A DNA stretch of 64,000 nt from the human T2T-CHM13v2.0 reference genome, Homo sapiens: NCBI RefSeq assembly GCF_009914755.1, contig NC_060935.1. The stretch is one strand, 5' to 3'. Numbering within the stretch: position 1 is the first letter of the stretch; every line of letters begins with the position of its first letter. Below, piece after piece: positions 47,555 to 62,094 of the stretch. A program made the translations under genes and the position numbers. The notes beneath the pieces were generated by a model, which ran no database searches, had not been told where the DNA came from, and was given only the letters and a program-made list of their open reading frames with translations.

Positions 47555-48013
47555 TGTATTACTCTAGGTTCTCCAGAGAAAGAGCAGAGAGATAGAGGTA
47601 GAGCTATACACATAGAGAGAGACAGATTGATTAGTTGTAAGGGATGGCTCACATGGTTATGGAGGATAAGGAGTCCTGGAGTCTGCAGCCAGCAAGCTGG
47701 GGACCCAGGACAGCCAATGATATAGTTCCAACTCGAGTCCACATCTAAAGTCAGGAGAAGATTGATGTCCCAGCTCAAATATAATCAGGTAAAAAGAGCA
47801 AATTCTCTGTGACTTTACCTTTTTGTTTTGTTCAGGCCTTCAGTGGATTGGATGAGGCTCACCCACATTGGGGAGGACAATCTGCTTTATTCAGTCTACC
47901 AATTAAATGTTATCCTCATCCAGAATACCTCAGAGACACACCCAGAATAATGTGTAGCCAAATATTTGGGCACCCCACAGCCCAGTCAAATTGATACATA
48001 ACACTAACTATCA
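47555..48013 (-). mobile_element. MLT2-like ERV-L LTR
   Basis: tgtatt...ggttctccagagaa and cccagtcaa.ttga.acataa.a.taac.atca termini. Confidence 0.8.
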
Positions 48014-48383
48014 GGTCTTGCTTCTACTCTCTCCCCATTACTGCATGGCCAAATCCTTCCCTTATTTCAAGGCTTAGTTCAAATGTTACCTCTTAACTAA
48101 GCCTTCCCTGCTAACCCCAAATATTAATAGAATTGGTGTCTCCCTTCTCTGATGTCTCAAAATACGTTGTGTGTTTCTCTTTTACTGTATTTATTACAAA
48201 CTCCCTTATAAATCAAGACAGTGATTCCCAGACAAATTATCAAAAGAGTATAAAAGAAGTCTTCTTTGAGTGTGAAATATCTCATGGAATATAGCACATG
48301 GCCTCTTCATGAAGAATCTACTGGGAGAGAAGAAGACAAGCTGGAAGAGACCAGGGAAAGGGGGTTAGTACAAAGCACAATGA

Positions 48384-48690
48384 GGCTGGGCTCATACAGT
48401 GGCTCACACCTGTAATCCCAGCACTTTGGGAGGCCAAGCCCAATGGATCATGAGGTCAGGAGGTCGAGACCATCCTGGCTAACACGGTGAAACCCCGTCC
48501 CTACAAAAAATACAAAAATGTTAGCTAGGCATAGAGGCGGGCACCTGTAGTCCCAGCTACTCAAGAGGCTGAGGAAGGAGAATGGTGTGAACCCGTGAGG
48601 CAGAGCTTGCAGTGAGCCGAGATCGCACCACTGCACTCAAGCCTGGGTGACAGTGCAAGACTCCATCTCAAAAAAAAAAAAAAAAAAAGA
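48384..48690 (+). mobile_element. AluY
   Basis: Y diagnostics and TSD AAAGCACAATGA. Confidence 0.9.
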
Positions 48691-49150
48691 AAGCACAATG
48701 AAATGTCAGTGGATGGGTGCCTATAATTTCTAAGGGAAATAGAATATAATCCAAGAATTTTATAGCCAGCTAAATTATTGCCCAATCAAAATAGGCAAAA
48801 GACATGATCACATGTTGAAGAACTTAAAGAACACAGTATTTCTGAGCTCTTTTAAAAAAAGTCTTCATAATAAAATTTAGTCAGCCAAGAAATTAAAAAA
48901 TAAGCAACTCGTGAATTGAATGACCATGACAAAAGGCTAATTATGAGAGGTGAATCCATTTAAAAATAGGACTATTATTGCAGAACAGAAAGAGAAGGTG
49001 GTCAACCTTAACAACATAAAACAACCTAGAAATAACTAGTTTCCAGAGGTAAAGGGAGGGACTGTAGGAAGTAGAAGTGCTGATGCCCTTTATTAAGTCA
49101 ATTAATCAGGTCTAAAATTGAAATGTGGTTTTAAATATATAACTTCTTGT

Positions 49151-49631
49151 TTATTTTCCTCCCTAACTACCTGAGGATCAACCACCATGATGAACGACAC
49201 AGTAACTATCTGGACCAGGAAGTTCATGACCAATCGACCACTCCAGGGGAAACACATGGTCACCAATGTCCTTCACCCCGGAAAGGCAACAAAATGTACA
49301 AGACCACAATAGGTGTCATCTTCATATTAATCGTTGGACTCAGAACCCATGTTGGTGGTGGTTAAACAATGAGCTTTGGCATGCTATCTGTTTCTTTGAA
49401 TTATGCAAAGAAAAATGAACTCAAACATAGACTTGCAAGACACAGATGGCATGAGAAGAAGATGACCTCAAGAAAACAGCAAAAGGAATGCAAGTGCAGA
49501 ATGAAGTCCAGAGACTGCAAAGGCCAATGTCAGTGCTGGCAAAAAGCAAAAGGAGTAAAGATTTTGTAATGACTTTATATGCAGTGACTGTACAAATTTT
49601 TCCTGAGATGATCAGTCAACTGTAAAGACTT
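49151..49631 (+). pseudogene. RPS24: Processed pseudogene of RPS24 (eS24), KPKE-ending isoform, with an internal deletion
   Basis: ATG at 49190 gives [34 protein letters not shown], then [27 protein letters not shown] and AGKKQKE* (TAA 49556-49558). Confidence 0.93.
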
Positions 49632-49972
49632 CTACATATATATAAAACATCTTAATATTTTTCATCATCTTGATTTCTTAGATGTTCTAGAAACTGATTT
49701 TTAGTGAGGAAAAACTACATTTATCTGAGTTGACCAGTTCCTTCAGTTTCACTTCTATTTCTTTTTCTTCTGATAAATTTACACAGCATTCAATTTGCTA
49801 TTTCTTGTTTTTAAAATCTCATTTTGTGTGATCAGAAGTGTCTGTTCATGTCTCTAGCCATCTTTGTGCATAGCAAGGAATGCTGTTCACTTAATATTAG
49901 GTGGTTTATTTCTTGGGGTCATGAGATTTGGGGTGATTTCTCTCCCTTTTTGTACTTTTCTGTATTCATTAA

Positions 49973-50314
49973 TTTTTTTGAGACAATGTCACCAATGTCC
50001 TTCATATTAATATTTGGGCTCAGAACCCATTTTGGTGGTGGTTAAACAATTGTCACCCACACTGCAGTGCAGTGGTACGATCTCAGCTCACCAAACCTCT
50101 GCCTCCCAGGCTTAAGCGATTCTCCTGCCTCAGCTTCCCCTGTAGCTGGCATTACGGGCGCGCACCACTACCGCCTGGCTAATTTTTATATTTTTAGTAG
50201 AGGTGGGGTTTCACCTTGTTGGCCAGGCTGGTCTTGAACTCCTGACCTCAAATGATCCACCCGCCTTGGCCTCCCAAAGTGCTAGGATTACAGGCATGAG
50301 CCACCGTGCCCAGC
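49973..50314 (-). mobile_element. AluSx-like with a foreign insert at 49988-50050
   Basis: Alu interrupted near its 3' end. Confidence 0.9.
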
Positions 50315-50849
50315 CTTTTCTGTATTAAATTTTTAAAAACGCAACATTTAAAATAATCGTCATTCTTTTTGAATCTACTTTGTATTATAGGTATCCAAAT
50401 ACTCACCTATTCTCTCTTACGTGATGACAAACTTGTTGAAATGTCATTTCATTTTGTGGCTCCAGCCCCAGGGATTCTGACTCTGATTCTAAAGGGTCTG
50501 CATGCAGAGTGAGCAAGCCACCTGGATGATTCTCTTGCAGGTGTTTTAAGGGCAGGAGTTTGAGACACCCTGATGCAAAAGAACGAATCCTCAAGGAAGT
50601 TGGCTGTACATGTATTTTCCTTCCTAGCACAGGAAACGACAGAAAGATTATCCAATCAGTACCACTCATAACACCTGATTATATATGTATGAGGAATTCA
50701 GAAATGGTTTGATCAAGGCCGAAGACCTAAAAAGAGGCTCTTCTCTTGGACACCAAGTCCCCATCTCATGTGTGGTTGAATTAGTAGAAACTGAGGATGA
50801 TGCTTCTTCCTCCAGCATTGGTATCCCATGGTTTTTGTTCAGTAGATGA

Positions 50850-51204
<355 letters not shown>

Positions 51205-51659
51205 GAGACTTTCAAGTAAAGCCACAATGGACCACAGAGCTTAGACATCAGGGCTAACATGGAATCTCTGTCATTAAATCTTGAGATCTTATTATCTTTG
51301 CTCAAAGAAAAAAATAATCACAATTGACATTTTGAGGAGAAGACATCTGAATGTAAACTTGATCTTAGAGGATATTAAGGAATTACTGGTAATTTGATTA
51401 GGAATGATAATGATCATATAAAAAATGCCCTCATGTTTTTAGAGGGAAAGTAAATTACGTAGGGGTGAATATCAGGATGCAATTACATAACTACTGTAAA
51501 CTATTTTTTAAATACTTCAGAAAAACAAATGGAGTAAATATTGCAAACGTTAATAGTTTTTAAACCTATGTGATGGGCATATGATAGCTCATTAAACTAG
51601 TCTCTCTACTTTTATGTATATTGAAAATTTTTCATAATAATAACAAAAAAAAAAACCTT

Positions 51660-51960
51660 GGCCAGGCACAGCAGCTCATGCCTGTAATTCCGGCATTTTG
51701 GGAGGCCGAGGTGGATGGAGGACTGCTTGAGCCCAGGAGTTTGAGACCAGCCTAGGCAACATGGTGAATCCTCATCTCTACAAAAAATAGACAAATTAGT
51801 CAGGCACGGTGGTGTGCACCTGCAGTCCCAGCTACTCAGGAGGCTGAGGTGGGAGGATCACCTGAGCCCAGAAGGTCAAGGCTGCAGTGAGCCAAGATCA
51901 TGCCACTGCACTCCAGTCTGGGCGACAGACCCTGTCTCAAACAAACAAACAAGCAAATCA
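51660..51960 (+). mobile_element. AluJ-like
   Basis: Full Alu. Confidence 0.9.
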
Positions 51961-52870
51961 AAACCCTCTTGGTCCCATTTCCCAAAAAAATGATTTTTTC
52001 GAGATCTTACCATCTCCTGGCTTGGTGCAGAGTACAGGAAATCAAGACAAAGTACAGCACACAAGGATTAAGGAGGGAGGGAAGTGTGGGGGAGGCTGAC
52101 ACTGTGGACTCTCCCAGCTCAGTTGACCCATGCACCTTGCTTCATGGAAGAAAGGAATGGAAGATGAATCGTGCCTTTCACACACAGTGACCTTCCTCAC
52201 TAGTAAATGTGCCTCCAGAAGTGTCCAAGAACTCAGCGCCACAGCCAGGCTGGCTGCATGAGAATCACCTGCGAGCTTTTGCAAACATAGGCCCCTACTG
52301 GGTCCAAAGGTATTCATCTCTTGGAGAGGAGGAGAGAGGCAGAACAAGGAAAAGGATGGGAAGAAACCAGCCTTGTGCACAGGAGGATGCTGGGATTCCT
52401 CCTGCACGTTTAGCGCAATGCAGCCTATTTTACAAGGTCACAGAAGCTCAGAGAGGTAAACCTGCCCAGGTTCTCATAGTTTGTAACTGGCAAAACCTGC
52501 CCAAATCTCTGTCTCTAGAGATATTTCCACTTGCTTCAACTCTGGAGCTGTCTAAGTTGTAAAGACGACAGATTCCACTCATCACTCACTTTTGTTTGCA
52601 GATATTGCCTAAGGTCCCTTGTGAATATTTAGGTTAGGGCTGTTTTTTTGAGTTTTTTGTTTGTTTGTTTTTTTTTTTTTTACAAAGCAATCTTGTGGAA
52701 AGAACCCAAAGTGGCTCCCCCATTTAAGACCCTGTAAACAGGGAGACGAGAGTCTGGAGTCATGGTCTGGTTTCCAAACCTTCCTTAGATTTCCCTGTGT
52801 GTAAAATCCAACAACAATCTTTGACAAATTGCCTCCCCTAGGGGAGAGATGGAGGAAGTGTTAACTTTGC

Positions 52871-53181
52871 TTTTTTTTTTTTTTTTTTTTTTTCTGTTTT
52901 CAGACAGAGCCTCGCTCTGTCGCCCAGGCTGGAGTGCAGTGGTGCCATCTCGGCTCACTGCAACCTCTGCCTCCTGAGCTCAAATGATTCTTGTGCCTCA
53001 GCCTCCTGAGTAGCTGGGACTACAGGCAGATGCCACCACACCTGGCTAATTTTTGTATTTTTAGTAGAGATGGGGTTTCACATATTGGCCAGGCTGGTAT
53101 CGAACTCCTGGCCTCAAGTGATCCACCCCCCTCAGCCTCTCAAAGTGCTAGGATTACAGTCATGAGCCACCATGCCCAGCC
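52871..53181 (-). mobile_element. AluS-like
   Basis: Full Alu. Confidence 0.9.
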
Positions 53182-53809
53182 ACTTTGATATTTTTTTTTA
53201 ATAGACAGCTTCGAGGTCCAGTATGATTTCACAGATTAGGAAACATCACAGGCAAAGAAGAATACTTTGCATTCAAATAGCAGAATGTTTTCATTTTCAA
53301 AGAGCTCTCACCTGCCATCTAATCTTGTCTTCCTAGCAGTCCTGGGAGAGAAGCAGATGTGGTTTCCAATCCCACTTTCCAGAAGAGGAGACTGAGGCAG
53401 AGGCTTTGCAGATACACAGAGGACATGTGAGGACAGGTGAAGGTCATGAACATTGTCAGCCCCCTCCCCCAACTGGACATTCCCAGATCTGGTGGACTTC
53501 CAGCCAGAGGAGACAGAAGGACTGGATCATTTAACTCTGCCATGGGTGCCAGGACCCAATTTTTCCCTGGCTAACTCGGTCACCTCCTGTCTGGGATCTC
53601 CAACTACTACACATCCCACAAGTCTCAGCTAAAACAGCAATTCAACGGGGAACTTTTTTCTGAGGCTCCAGGATTGGGCCAGGCCCTCCTCATGGCTCTC
53701 TGCCCTTCCCCTACTGCAGAACTTAGCACCTGTATGTCACTATTGGTTCAAACATGTGCCTTTCGTATGCTCTCCACGTTATCTGCAGCATCTGCCAAGA
53801 ATAATAATG

Positions 53810-54030
53810 AATGGTAAAACCTAATCTCTATTGAGTGTCGATGATGCACTTTTAACGTGACATCTTATTTAACCCTCACTATATCTGCAAGAGTAGAAGC
53901 TATTAATAGCCAATTTTCAGATAAGAAAATCAAAGCACAGTTTCTATAACTTACCCAAGCAGCTAGCTAGGAGGCAGCTCAATTTGAGCTCAGGGAATCA
54001 GATTCCAGAAACCATGTTCTCAATTACTAC
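53810..54030 (-). mobile_element. MIR
   Basis: ccaattttcagataagaaaat...aacttacccaag core. Confidence 0.65.
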
Positions 54031-54099
54031 AGCAGATACCTCCCCAGAATCTAGTAGGTGGTTAATGAGTCTTTGTGGAATAAATGAACAGAAGGACAA

Positions 54100-54535
54100 G
54101 CAGTGGATGGATACATAGGTGGGTGGGTGGATAGATGGGTGGATGGAAAGATGGGTGGGTGGGCAGGTGGATGAATGAATGGGTGGTTGAGTTGGTGAAG
54201 GGATGGCTGAGTGGGTGGAGAAATGGATGAGTGGTTGAGGGGGTGGAGGGATAGATAAATGGGTGGACGGGTGGGTGGATAGATGGGTAGATGAGTGAAT
54301 GGGTGGATAGATGCATGGATGAGTGGATGGATAGATGGGTTGGTGGGTGGGTAGGTGGATGATAGCTGGGTGCATAAGAGAGTGCATTGGATGTATAGAT
54401 GGGTGGGTGGGCGGGTGGATAGGTGGGTAGGTGGGTGGATGGATGTATGCATGTCTGGATGGATGGATGGATGGATGGATGGATGGATGGATGGAAGGAA
54501 TGATGGATGGATGGACGGACAGATGAACAGATGGA
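54100..54535. repeat. Degenerate (TGGA)n/(GGGT)n tetranucleotide array
   Basis: Mixed GGAT/GGGT/AGAT/GAAT units next to an L2-like 3' end. Confidence 0.95.
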
Positions 54536-55569
54536 CTTGAGCATTTATTCAGGGTCCTCTAAAGAATTGAGTGATTTCCTAGGGTGTGTCATCACCTGCA
54601 TGTGGGTGGGCAAGGGGGCTTACCTCTGTAATACTCATGATTATGGGTAGTGCTCAGCCTTAGTCACCACTCTCAGAACACTTTATTGACTAGGAAAGTC
54701 AAAACTGGCATTGGCAACTAATGCAAATTACAGCTATAACTAACAGAAGATGTTGAGTGATGACAGCTGGGCAACCAATAATCAATAACTTGGCTGTGTC
54801 ATGTTGCTGCCATGCTGGACAGGTAGAGCCATGGGTTCCCTAATCCCTCCATCACATTGAGGATGCTTATCAAGACTTCCCCAACCATGGGGACAGGGAT
54901 CTTATCAAATACTTGCAGTTCACCCCAAAAGGCTCACCCTCTTCGTTCCACCTGCACATGACCTTCAGCTCAAAGACATTTCCAGTCATCCAGGTCAGCC
55001 CTTCTTCCAGCCTTTGAATTAACCCTGATGACTGCCTGCCCATTAGGTATCTCACCTTTCATCACACAGCCTTTTCCAAGGCTTTCCTTCAGTCCAGCCC
55101 TCACTAAACGCTGAAACTCTTGTTGACAAAATCCAGAACAAGCTGGCTGGGGGATACAGGTGGGAAGCAGGCTGTAGTAATGGGAAAAATTCTAAGCAAT
55201 CTCGAACACAGAAAAGAAACTGAACAGGTAAGAGAGAGGCAGTCAAGAGAAGAAGTGTTAATTTTGCATAACTGAAGCTGAAGAAGATCAGGGGGCATGG
55301 CAGACCACAAGATAAATATGATATAGACTCCTTTTTAAAAAAGTATAAACACCCACCCTTTCCTACTGACAACTGTGCTTCAAATATTGCTAAGGTCTTT
55401 ACTAAAGGCGACTCAGAAAAACAGGGTATTTTATGCAATACAGTAAGAAGGCCCATAGGCAAGCATGTTCCTGACACCACCTTCTAGGATAACCCCTGGG
55501 ATTCTGGTTACGCCTGTCCTAAAGTTGCCTCTCACTCCTGCTGTTGGAGAACTACCATGAGAGAAGAAC

Positions 55570-56080
55570 CATAGTGAAGTGGTTAAGAGTGTGCACCCAG
55601 TGACCAGCCAGATGGCTTCAAACCATCACCATCTAATACTGAGCAAGTTACATAATGTTCCTGAGCCTCAACTTTCTCATCTGTAAAATGGGTATGCCGT
55701 CATTCATTAATCAAATTCTAGGTAAGCATATACTAAACACCAGAGACACAAATGAGAATCAGGAACAGGCATGGCCCTGGTCCTCACGGTGACCACAGTC
55801 TTGAAGGGGAAGGATGACATGCACAGAAATAGGAAGCCGTAGCTGAGCTCATGACACCTGGTGTCATGAAAGCAGACAACAGGGGGTTGCTGTGACTGAG
55901 TCAGTGTGGCCAGGCGTCCCTGAGGATGTAGTGACTCCACTGTCAGATGAGACCATGACCAGGTGAACAGGTAAGGAGAGGGAAAATCTTTCCAGGCAGA
56001 AAGAGCAGGATGTGCAAAGGCCCCGTGGCAGGAAAAGAGCAAAGGAAGTGCAAGAGCCTGAAAGAGGCCAGAGAGAACAA
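55570..56080. mobile_element. MIR (55570-55700) followed by an L2 fragment on the minus strand
   Basis: gagcaagttac...ctcatctgtaaaatggg, then cattcatt...ttccaggcaga..gagcag.atgtgcaaaggccc. Confidence 0.65.
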
Positions 56081-56376
56081 GTGAACATGTGGATAATCAC
56101 AGCACCCACCTCATACAGGAGTTGCAAGAAATTGAGACACTGTCTGTAACAGATTCAGCAATGACTAAATAGAAACTATCTCCTAAAAGCACAGGATGAA
56201 GCTCCTTGGTGGTATTTCCCATGTGAGGCTGCCATGGACTCAGAGGCCAAGTTCAACCTGCCTGTAGACAACCTCCAAGCCAGCTGGACACACATACACC
56301 CTCAGGCTCAGGATACCCAGGACAGAGTCCTGGATGCTTGAAGTCATGATAAGTATCCAGAATGACACAGAATTCC

Positions 56377-56680
<304 letters not shown>

Positions 56681-57403
56681 AATGACACAGAATTTGCTAA
56701 AGGGGGAGAAAAGGCTTTCTTCCAAAGCTGGGCCTGGTTTCTACAGAGAGTCTTTCAGATGAAAATTAAGCAGCTCTTTGCAAGCAGCTCTTTGCAAGCA
56801 CCTCAGAGGAGAACCCCTCACCCTGATGAATCAGGCACACAGGCGGATCCAAGACAATTGGCTGCGCGCATGTGAACAAGCCTATGGTGGAAATGCAGTG
56901 CTTTGTTTGGGGTGGTTTAATCACCAGGAGGGAGAAGCTTCTAAAGCAGCATTCAGAGGTGGCTGTTGCCTGGGTTTTCTGGAAGGGGGAGGCGGTGAGG
57001 ATGAGGGCTTCCATTTCATCTGCAGGCCCCTTGCAGAAGGAGCTGGGGAAAGCTTTGCAGCCATCTGCACACTGTTTGCCATCTTGTCTGGCTGGGCAGC
57101 CGAGCTCCAGATGGGGGCGGATGGGATAGCTCTTGCCACCGTATTTGGAGAGAGATGGCAGGGAAGTCAGCCCCCGTGAAGAAGACAGGAGCACACAGGT
57201 GCTAGGCAGTGCTGCCTAGGCCCCTGGGCTGAAGTGTCCAACCCCACAGCCTCTAGGTGTCACTAAAGCAGCCCGAGAGGATCTTCTCTGTCCATCTCCA
57301 TCCTGGCACCTACAGACACTTGGAGAGAGTCCTTCACATGGGAACTCACAAATGCACACTGATAACCCCCACATGGAACTGTCATATGTAGCAAGTGAAA
57401 AGA

Positions 57404-57563
57404 CAGGATGCCAGTTAAACTTGAATTTCAGATAAACAACATATCATTTTTTAGGGTAAGCAGGTCCCAAATATTGCATGGGATATATTTGCACCAAAAA
57501 AAAAAAATGGTTAATGAGAAATTCAGGTTTAATTGGACTTCCTGCATTTTACCTGGCGAGCCT
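57404..57563. mobile_element. MER53 fragment
   Basis: ccagttaaacttgaatttcagataaacaac...cccaaatattgcatggga motif. Confidence 0.75.
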
Positions 57564-58942
57564 AACCTTGCATAAACACAACCCCAAGCTTGAAACTCAC
57601 AGAGAAGCCACGGCCATGATCACACACGTGCACAAACCCATATGCCTTACAGAGTCAAGGGCTGTGATGAATGTCCCCACCCTTGCACACTTCCCTGTCC
57701 TCTGTCTGGGCTCAGAGTAAACAGAGGGTCACCTGGCATCCACGTCTAAGCTGGGCTTGGAGGTGTCCTAATGAAGCAGGATGCTGACCTGCACTTCCCC
57801 AGCTCAGTCGGGGCTGCAGCCAGGCCTAGCTTCCAGTCTCGGGCCTAGAACACACAGCACAGCCCCAGACCTTGGCAAGAAGGCTTGATCTCAAGGGCCA
57901 CTGGTCCAGGACCTATTAGAAGCCCCACTTCTTTCCTGTGTTTCTGCTGCCATTGCCCCAGTCTCTGACCCTGACACTCAATCACTCTATAAACACAGCA
58001 GGTACTAGGGGTGGCTCTGGGCTCTGCACTAAAGACAATGCCCCTGGTAAAGCCACAGTCTAGCAATGACAGTCAACCACGTATCAGCAACGGCCCTGCC
58101 CCACACGTGCTGACTGCGCACAAGGCCGGCGCTGTGAACGTGCTCTCAACAGTGATCTCACTGAACCCTCATGGCAGCTCTAGGATGCAGACAGTAGCAT
58201 CACATTATCCCCATTTTACTTTTGAGGAAACTGAGGCCTGAAGAAGGCAAATGCAGGCCTCGAGATTTGCAGTAACATTGCCAGGACTGTTTGAGAAAGC
58301 AAACTTCTCCAGAGTGAGGCAGTCTGCCAGAGCTCAGAAGCCAGAGTCCCTGTTAGCAGGGGCTGGGGGGACTGTGGGGTGGGGGCAGACAAGCAGGTAG
58401 GGGCTGGACACCCCAGGACACCAGGGTGCAGACTGGTGTGAGTAAAAGAAAGAGAGGCGGTCATGCCATCATCTGCAGAAGATGATGTCTACAGAGGACA
58501 GTACCATGTGAGCCCTTGGGGAGCCGGATGACTGGATGGAATTTTGCACAGGATGCAAATTAAGCACAGATCCCCCTCTGACCTAGACAGCCCACCTCCA
58601 GGAACATCTCACAGAAATGCACGCACAGAGCACCAAGTGATGTGTGCGAGGAAATTCATCAGAACACCGTCTGTGATTGGGAAAGGGCGGAAACCATCCA
58701 AAGACGTATCGGTGCAGGGCTGGTTAAACGAAGCGTGGTGCATCCACACGTCAGAATAACTGCTGGGAGAAGAAGGTGGTACCCAGGTTCCAACGTGAGA
58801 CAATGTCAAAGACATGCTGCCTGAAAAGCAGGCTTTCCAAAGAATAAATATAGCATTATTCCATTTTTTTTTAAAGGTTACAATAAACACTTATGTGCAA
58901 ATACATGTGCTTGCGTGCAGAGAGGGAAAAGGTGTGGACAGG

Positions 58943-59228
58943 AACAGAAAACCAAACTCTGCGTGGTCTCACTCATAAGTGGGAGTTGAACAATGAGAAC
59001 ACATGGACACAGGGAGGGGAATATCACACACCAGGGCCCATCGGGGGTGGGGGACAAGGGGAGGGAGAGTGTTAGGACAAATACCTAATGCATGCGGGGC
59101 TTAAAACCTAGATGACGGGTTGATAGGTGCAGTAAACCTCTATGGCACATGTATACCTATGTAACAAACCTGCACGTTCAGCACATGTATCTCAGAACAT
59201 AGAATAAAAAATAAAAAGAAACCAAAGA
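58943..59228 (+). mobile_element. Short L1PA7/8-like 3' end inserted in an older L1ME fragment
   Basis: aatgcatgcggggcttaaaacctagatgacggg, with TSD AAAAGGTGTGGA(C/G)AGG. Confidence 0.88.
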
Positions 59229-59336
59229 AAAAGGTGTGGAGAGGTATACCCCAACCCTTCCCAGTGTTACCTCTGAGAAGCAAGATCAAGAAAATCAAAT
59301 CAAGAGGAAGTTTTATGTTTTGTTTTCCATATAAAT

Positions 59337-59690
59337 TTTTTATTATTTTTATTTTTTTATTTTTTTTGGAAACATAGTCTCGCTTTATTGCACAGGCTGG
59401 AGTCCAGGGACACATTCTCAGCTCACTGCAACCTCCTCCTCACTGCAACCTCCTCCTCAGTGCAACCTCCTCCTCACTGCAACCTGCTCCTTCTGGGTTC
59501 AAGTGATTCTCTTGGCTCAGCCTCCCAAATAACTAGGATTGCAGGCACGCACCACCAAGCCTGGCTAACTTTTGTATTTTTTGTAGAGACAGGGTTTCAC
59601 TATTTTGGCCACCTGGTCTCGAAATCCTGGCCTGCCTACCTTGGCCTCCAAAAGTGCTGGGATTACAGGTGTGAGCCACCACACCTGGCC
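59337..59690 (-). mobile_element. Alu with an internal 17-bp tandem expansion
   Basis: Alu match with 4x CTCACTGCAACCTCCTC. Confidence 0.9.
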
Positions 59691-60256
59691 TGCATTGCTT
59701 GAATTCTCAGACCACATGGACCCTCTCATCTGGCCCAATTGCAAGAGTCCAAGGCAGGAAAGGCAGAAGGCAGGGGCTTACCCCTCCATCAGGACAACAT
59801 AGAACAGAGTCAAAAAAGAAAAACATGAATGGATCAGTCAAGAGGGCTGTGCATGTGCCCTCCCAGGCACCTACACCTTGCAACTTAAGCCGACAGGCTT
59901 TCAAGCCACAGAGTCTTCCTCCCCAGAGACTAGCAAGGACACAAGCCCTGGCCAGGCCCCTCCAGGAGGATGGTCTGAGGGACAAGGTGGGGAGCAGAGT
60001 CAGGGGTGGCGGGAGGAAAGGGGGACACGAAGCCAAGGAAACCAGGGCAACCCATGCTTCCTGAAGGCCACCAGGACAGGGCGCTACACAGAGCCCCTGT
60101 GTACCTGTTTCTACAACAGCCTGAACACAAGGAAAAGGAAAACAAGGAAAATACACAAAGCCCCGCCTCACCTGGAGCAGGTTAAATAAAGGTGTGTGAC
60201 TTTGTCTTCATGTCCTTTGGAATTGGAAATCCAAGCTTCCTCTCCTGTGCCTTTAA

Positions 60257-60826
<570 letters not shown>

Positions 60827-61469
60827 TAAGCTAAGGCGGGAGCCCTGTGGGTAACCTGCCCCCTTCCAGCTGGGGCTGAATAGAAGGGGGAAAAGCTGCC
60901 CCCCAGAATACAGGGCTCTCAGAGGCCCTGGGGATCTGTGCTGGCAGTCAGGAGGACTGTCACCTCAGCGCACTTGCCTGCAAGGAGGGCTGTGCAGGAA
61001 GCTGCATGTTGCTCAGAGAACAAAAAAAGGAAATTAAATGCACCATCTGGTTATTAGGATGAGCTTTTGAGGCAGACACTGAAATATGCATGCCTAGACA
61101 TTATAAAACTTGGGGGAAATGTTAATTTCAGTAACGCCAGTTCTTGTACTCGCCGAAACTATTCTTTTATCTCTCTTCCTAGTAATTTGGGGGCTCCATC
61201 CCTCAGAGTGGCAGCGCCAAGACAGCTGGCCTCACTGGGTTTTGTAAGCTGTGCAAGGTGAGATCCCAAGCCCTTGCCTGGAGACCCATCTTAGGAAAAT
61301 GTTAGAACAGGGCAACAAGTTGCCATTTCCTCCCTCCTTTCTCTTCCCCATACAAAAATCAGAAAGCACGCTAGCCCAGACTTGTGTACATTTCAAGGGT
61401 GGCTGGACTCATGGCCGCCTGGGACGTCAGGGTGGTACAAAGTCCTCTTAACCTAAGACTGTCGGGGTA

Positions 61470-61697
61470 CAAGGATCAGCAATTTTTTTTTCCTTTTTCT
61501 TGAGGGCCAGATGGTAAATAGCTCAGCTTTGCAGGCCATAGGTCTCTGTCCCAACTATTCAACTCTCCATTGTAGCAGGAAAGCAGCCACAAGACAATAT
61601 GCACTGAAATGGGTGTGGCTGTGTTCCAATAAAACTTTATTTGTATGAACAGGCAGGGGGCTGGTTCTGGCCTGTGGGCTACAGCCTGCCTCCTCTG
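61470..61697 (+). mobile_element. MER58A-like MITE
   Basis: gggccagat.gtaaata...ggctgtgttccaataaaactttattt. Confidence 0.8.
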
Positions 61698-62094
61698 CTA
61701 CAGCGTGATCTCCAAGGACCCATCCATCTCGTAGACCAGCAGCTGGCACACAGGAGCTGCTCAGATACTTGAAGGAGGAATGGAGAAGGCAAGCAGCCCC
61801 CAGTGCGCAGACGTGAGGGTCTCCCAGCAGCACCATCCTTTGCCATCTCATGCGGAGGGACAAAGCCAGAGCAGGGCTCTCCACCAAGGCTGGGTTCTCC
61901 TCCAAGGAAATGTGATAACAGGACAGAAAGCATCGTGGGAGGATAGGGGCTTTGGAGTCCCACAAACCACAGTTTGCAAGACCAGGAGCAACCTGCACTT
62001 CCCTGCACACACCCTGGGTGGGTGCTGGAGCATCTAGACTTAGAGTGAATCTTTTGTCCCTCCTCCCCCAACTGGCCTCCATTACACTTCCAGC

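Noticed and set aside
53998-54544. His/Pro/Ser-rich ORFs in three frames
   Set aside because: They are artefacts of the stop-poor (TCCA/ACCC)n array.
56766-57194. Overlapping 130-140-aa ORFs on both strands
   Set aside because: No recognisable protein similarity or exon structure, consistent with chance in GC-richer DNA.
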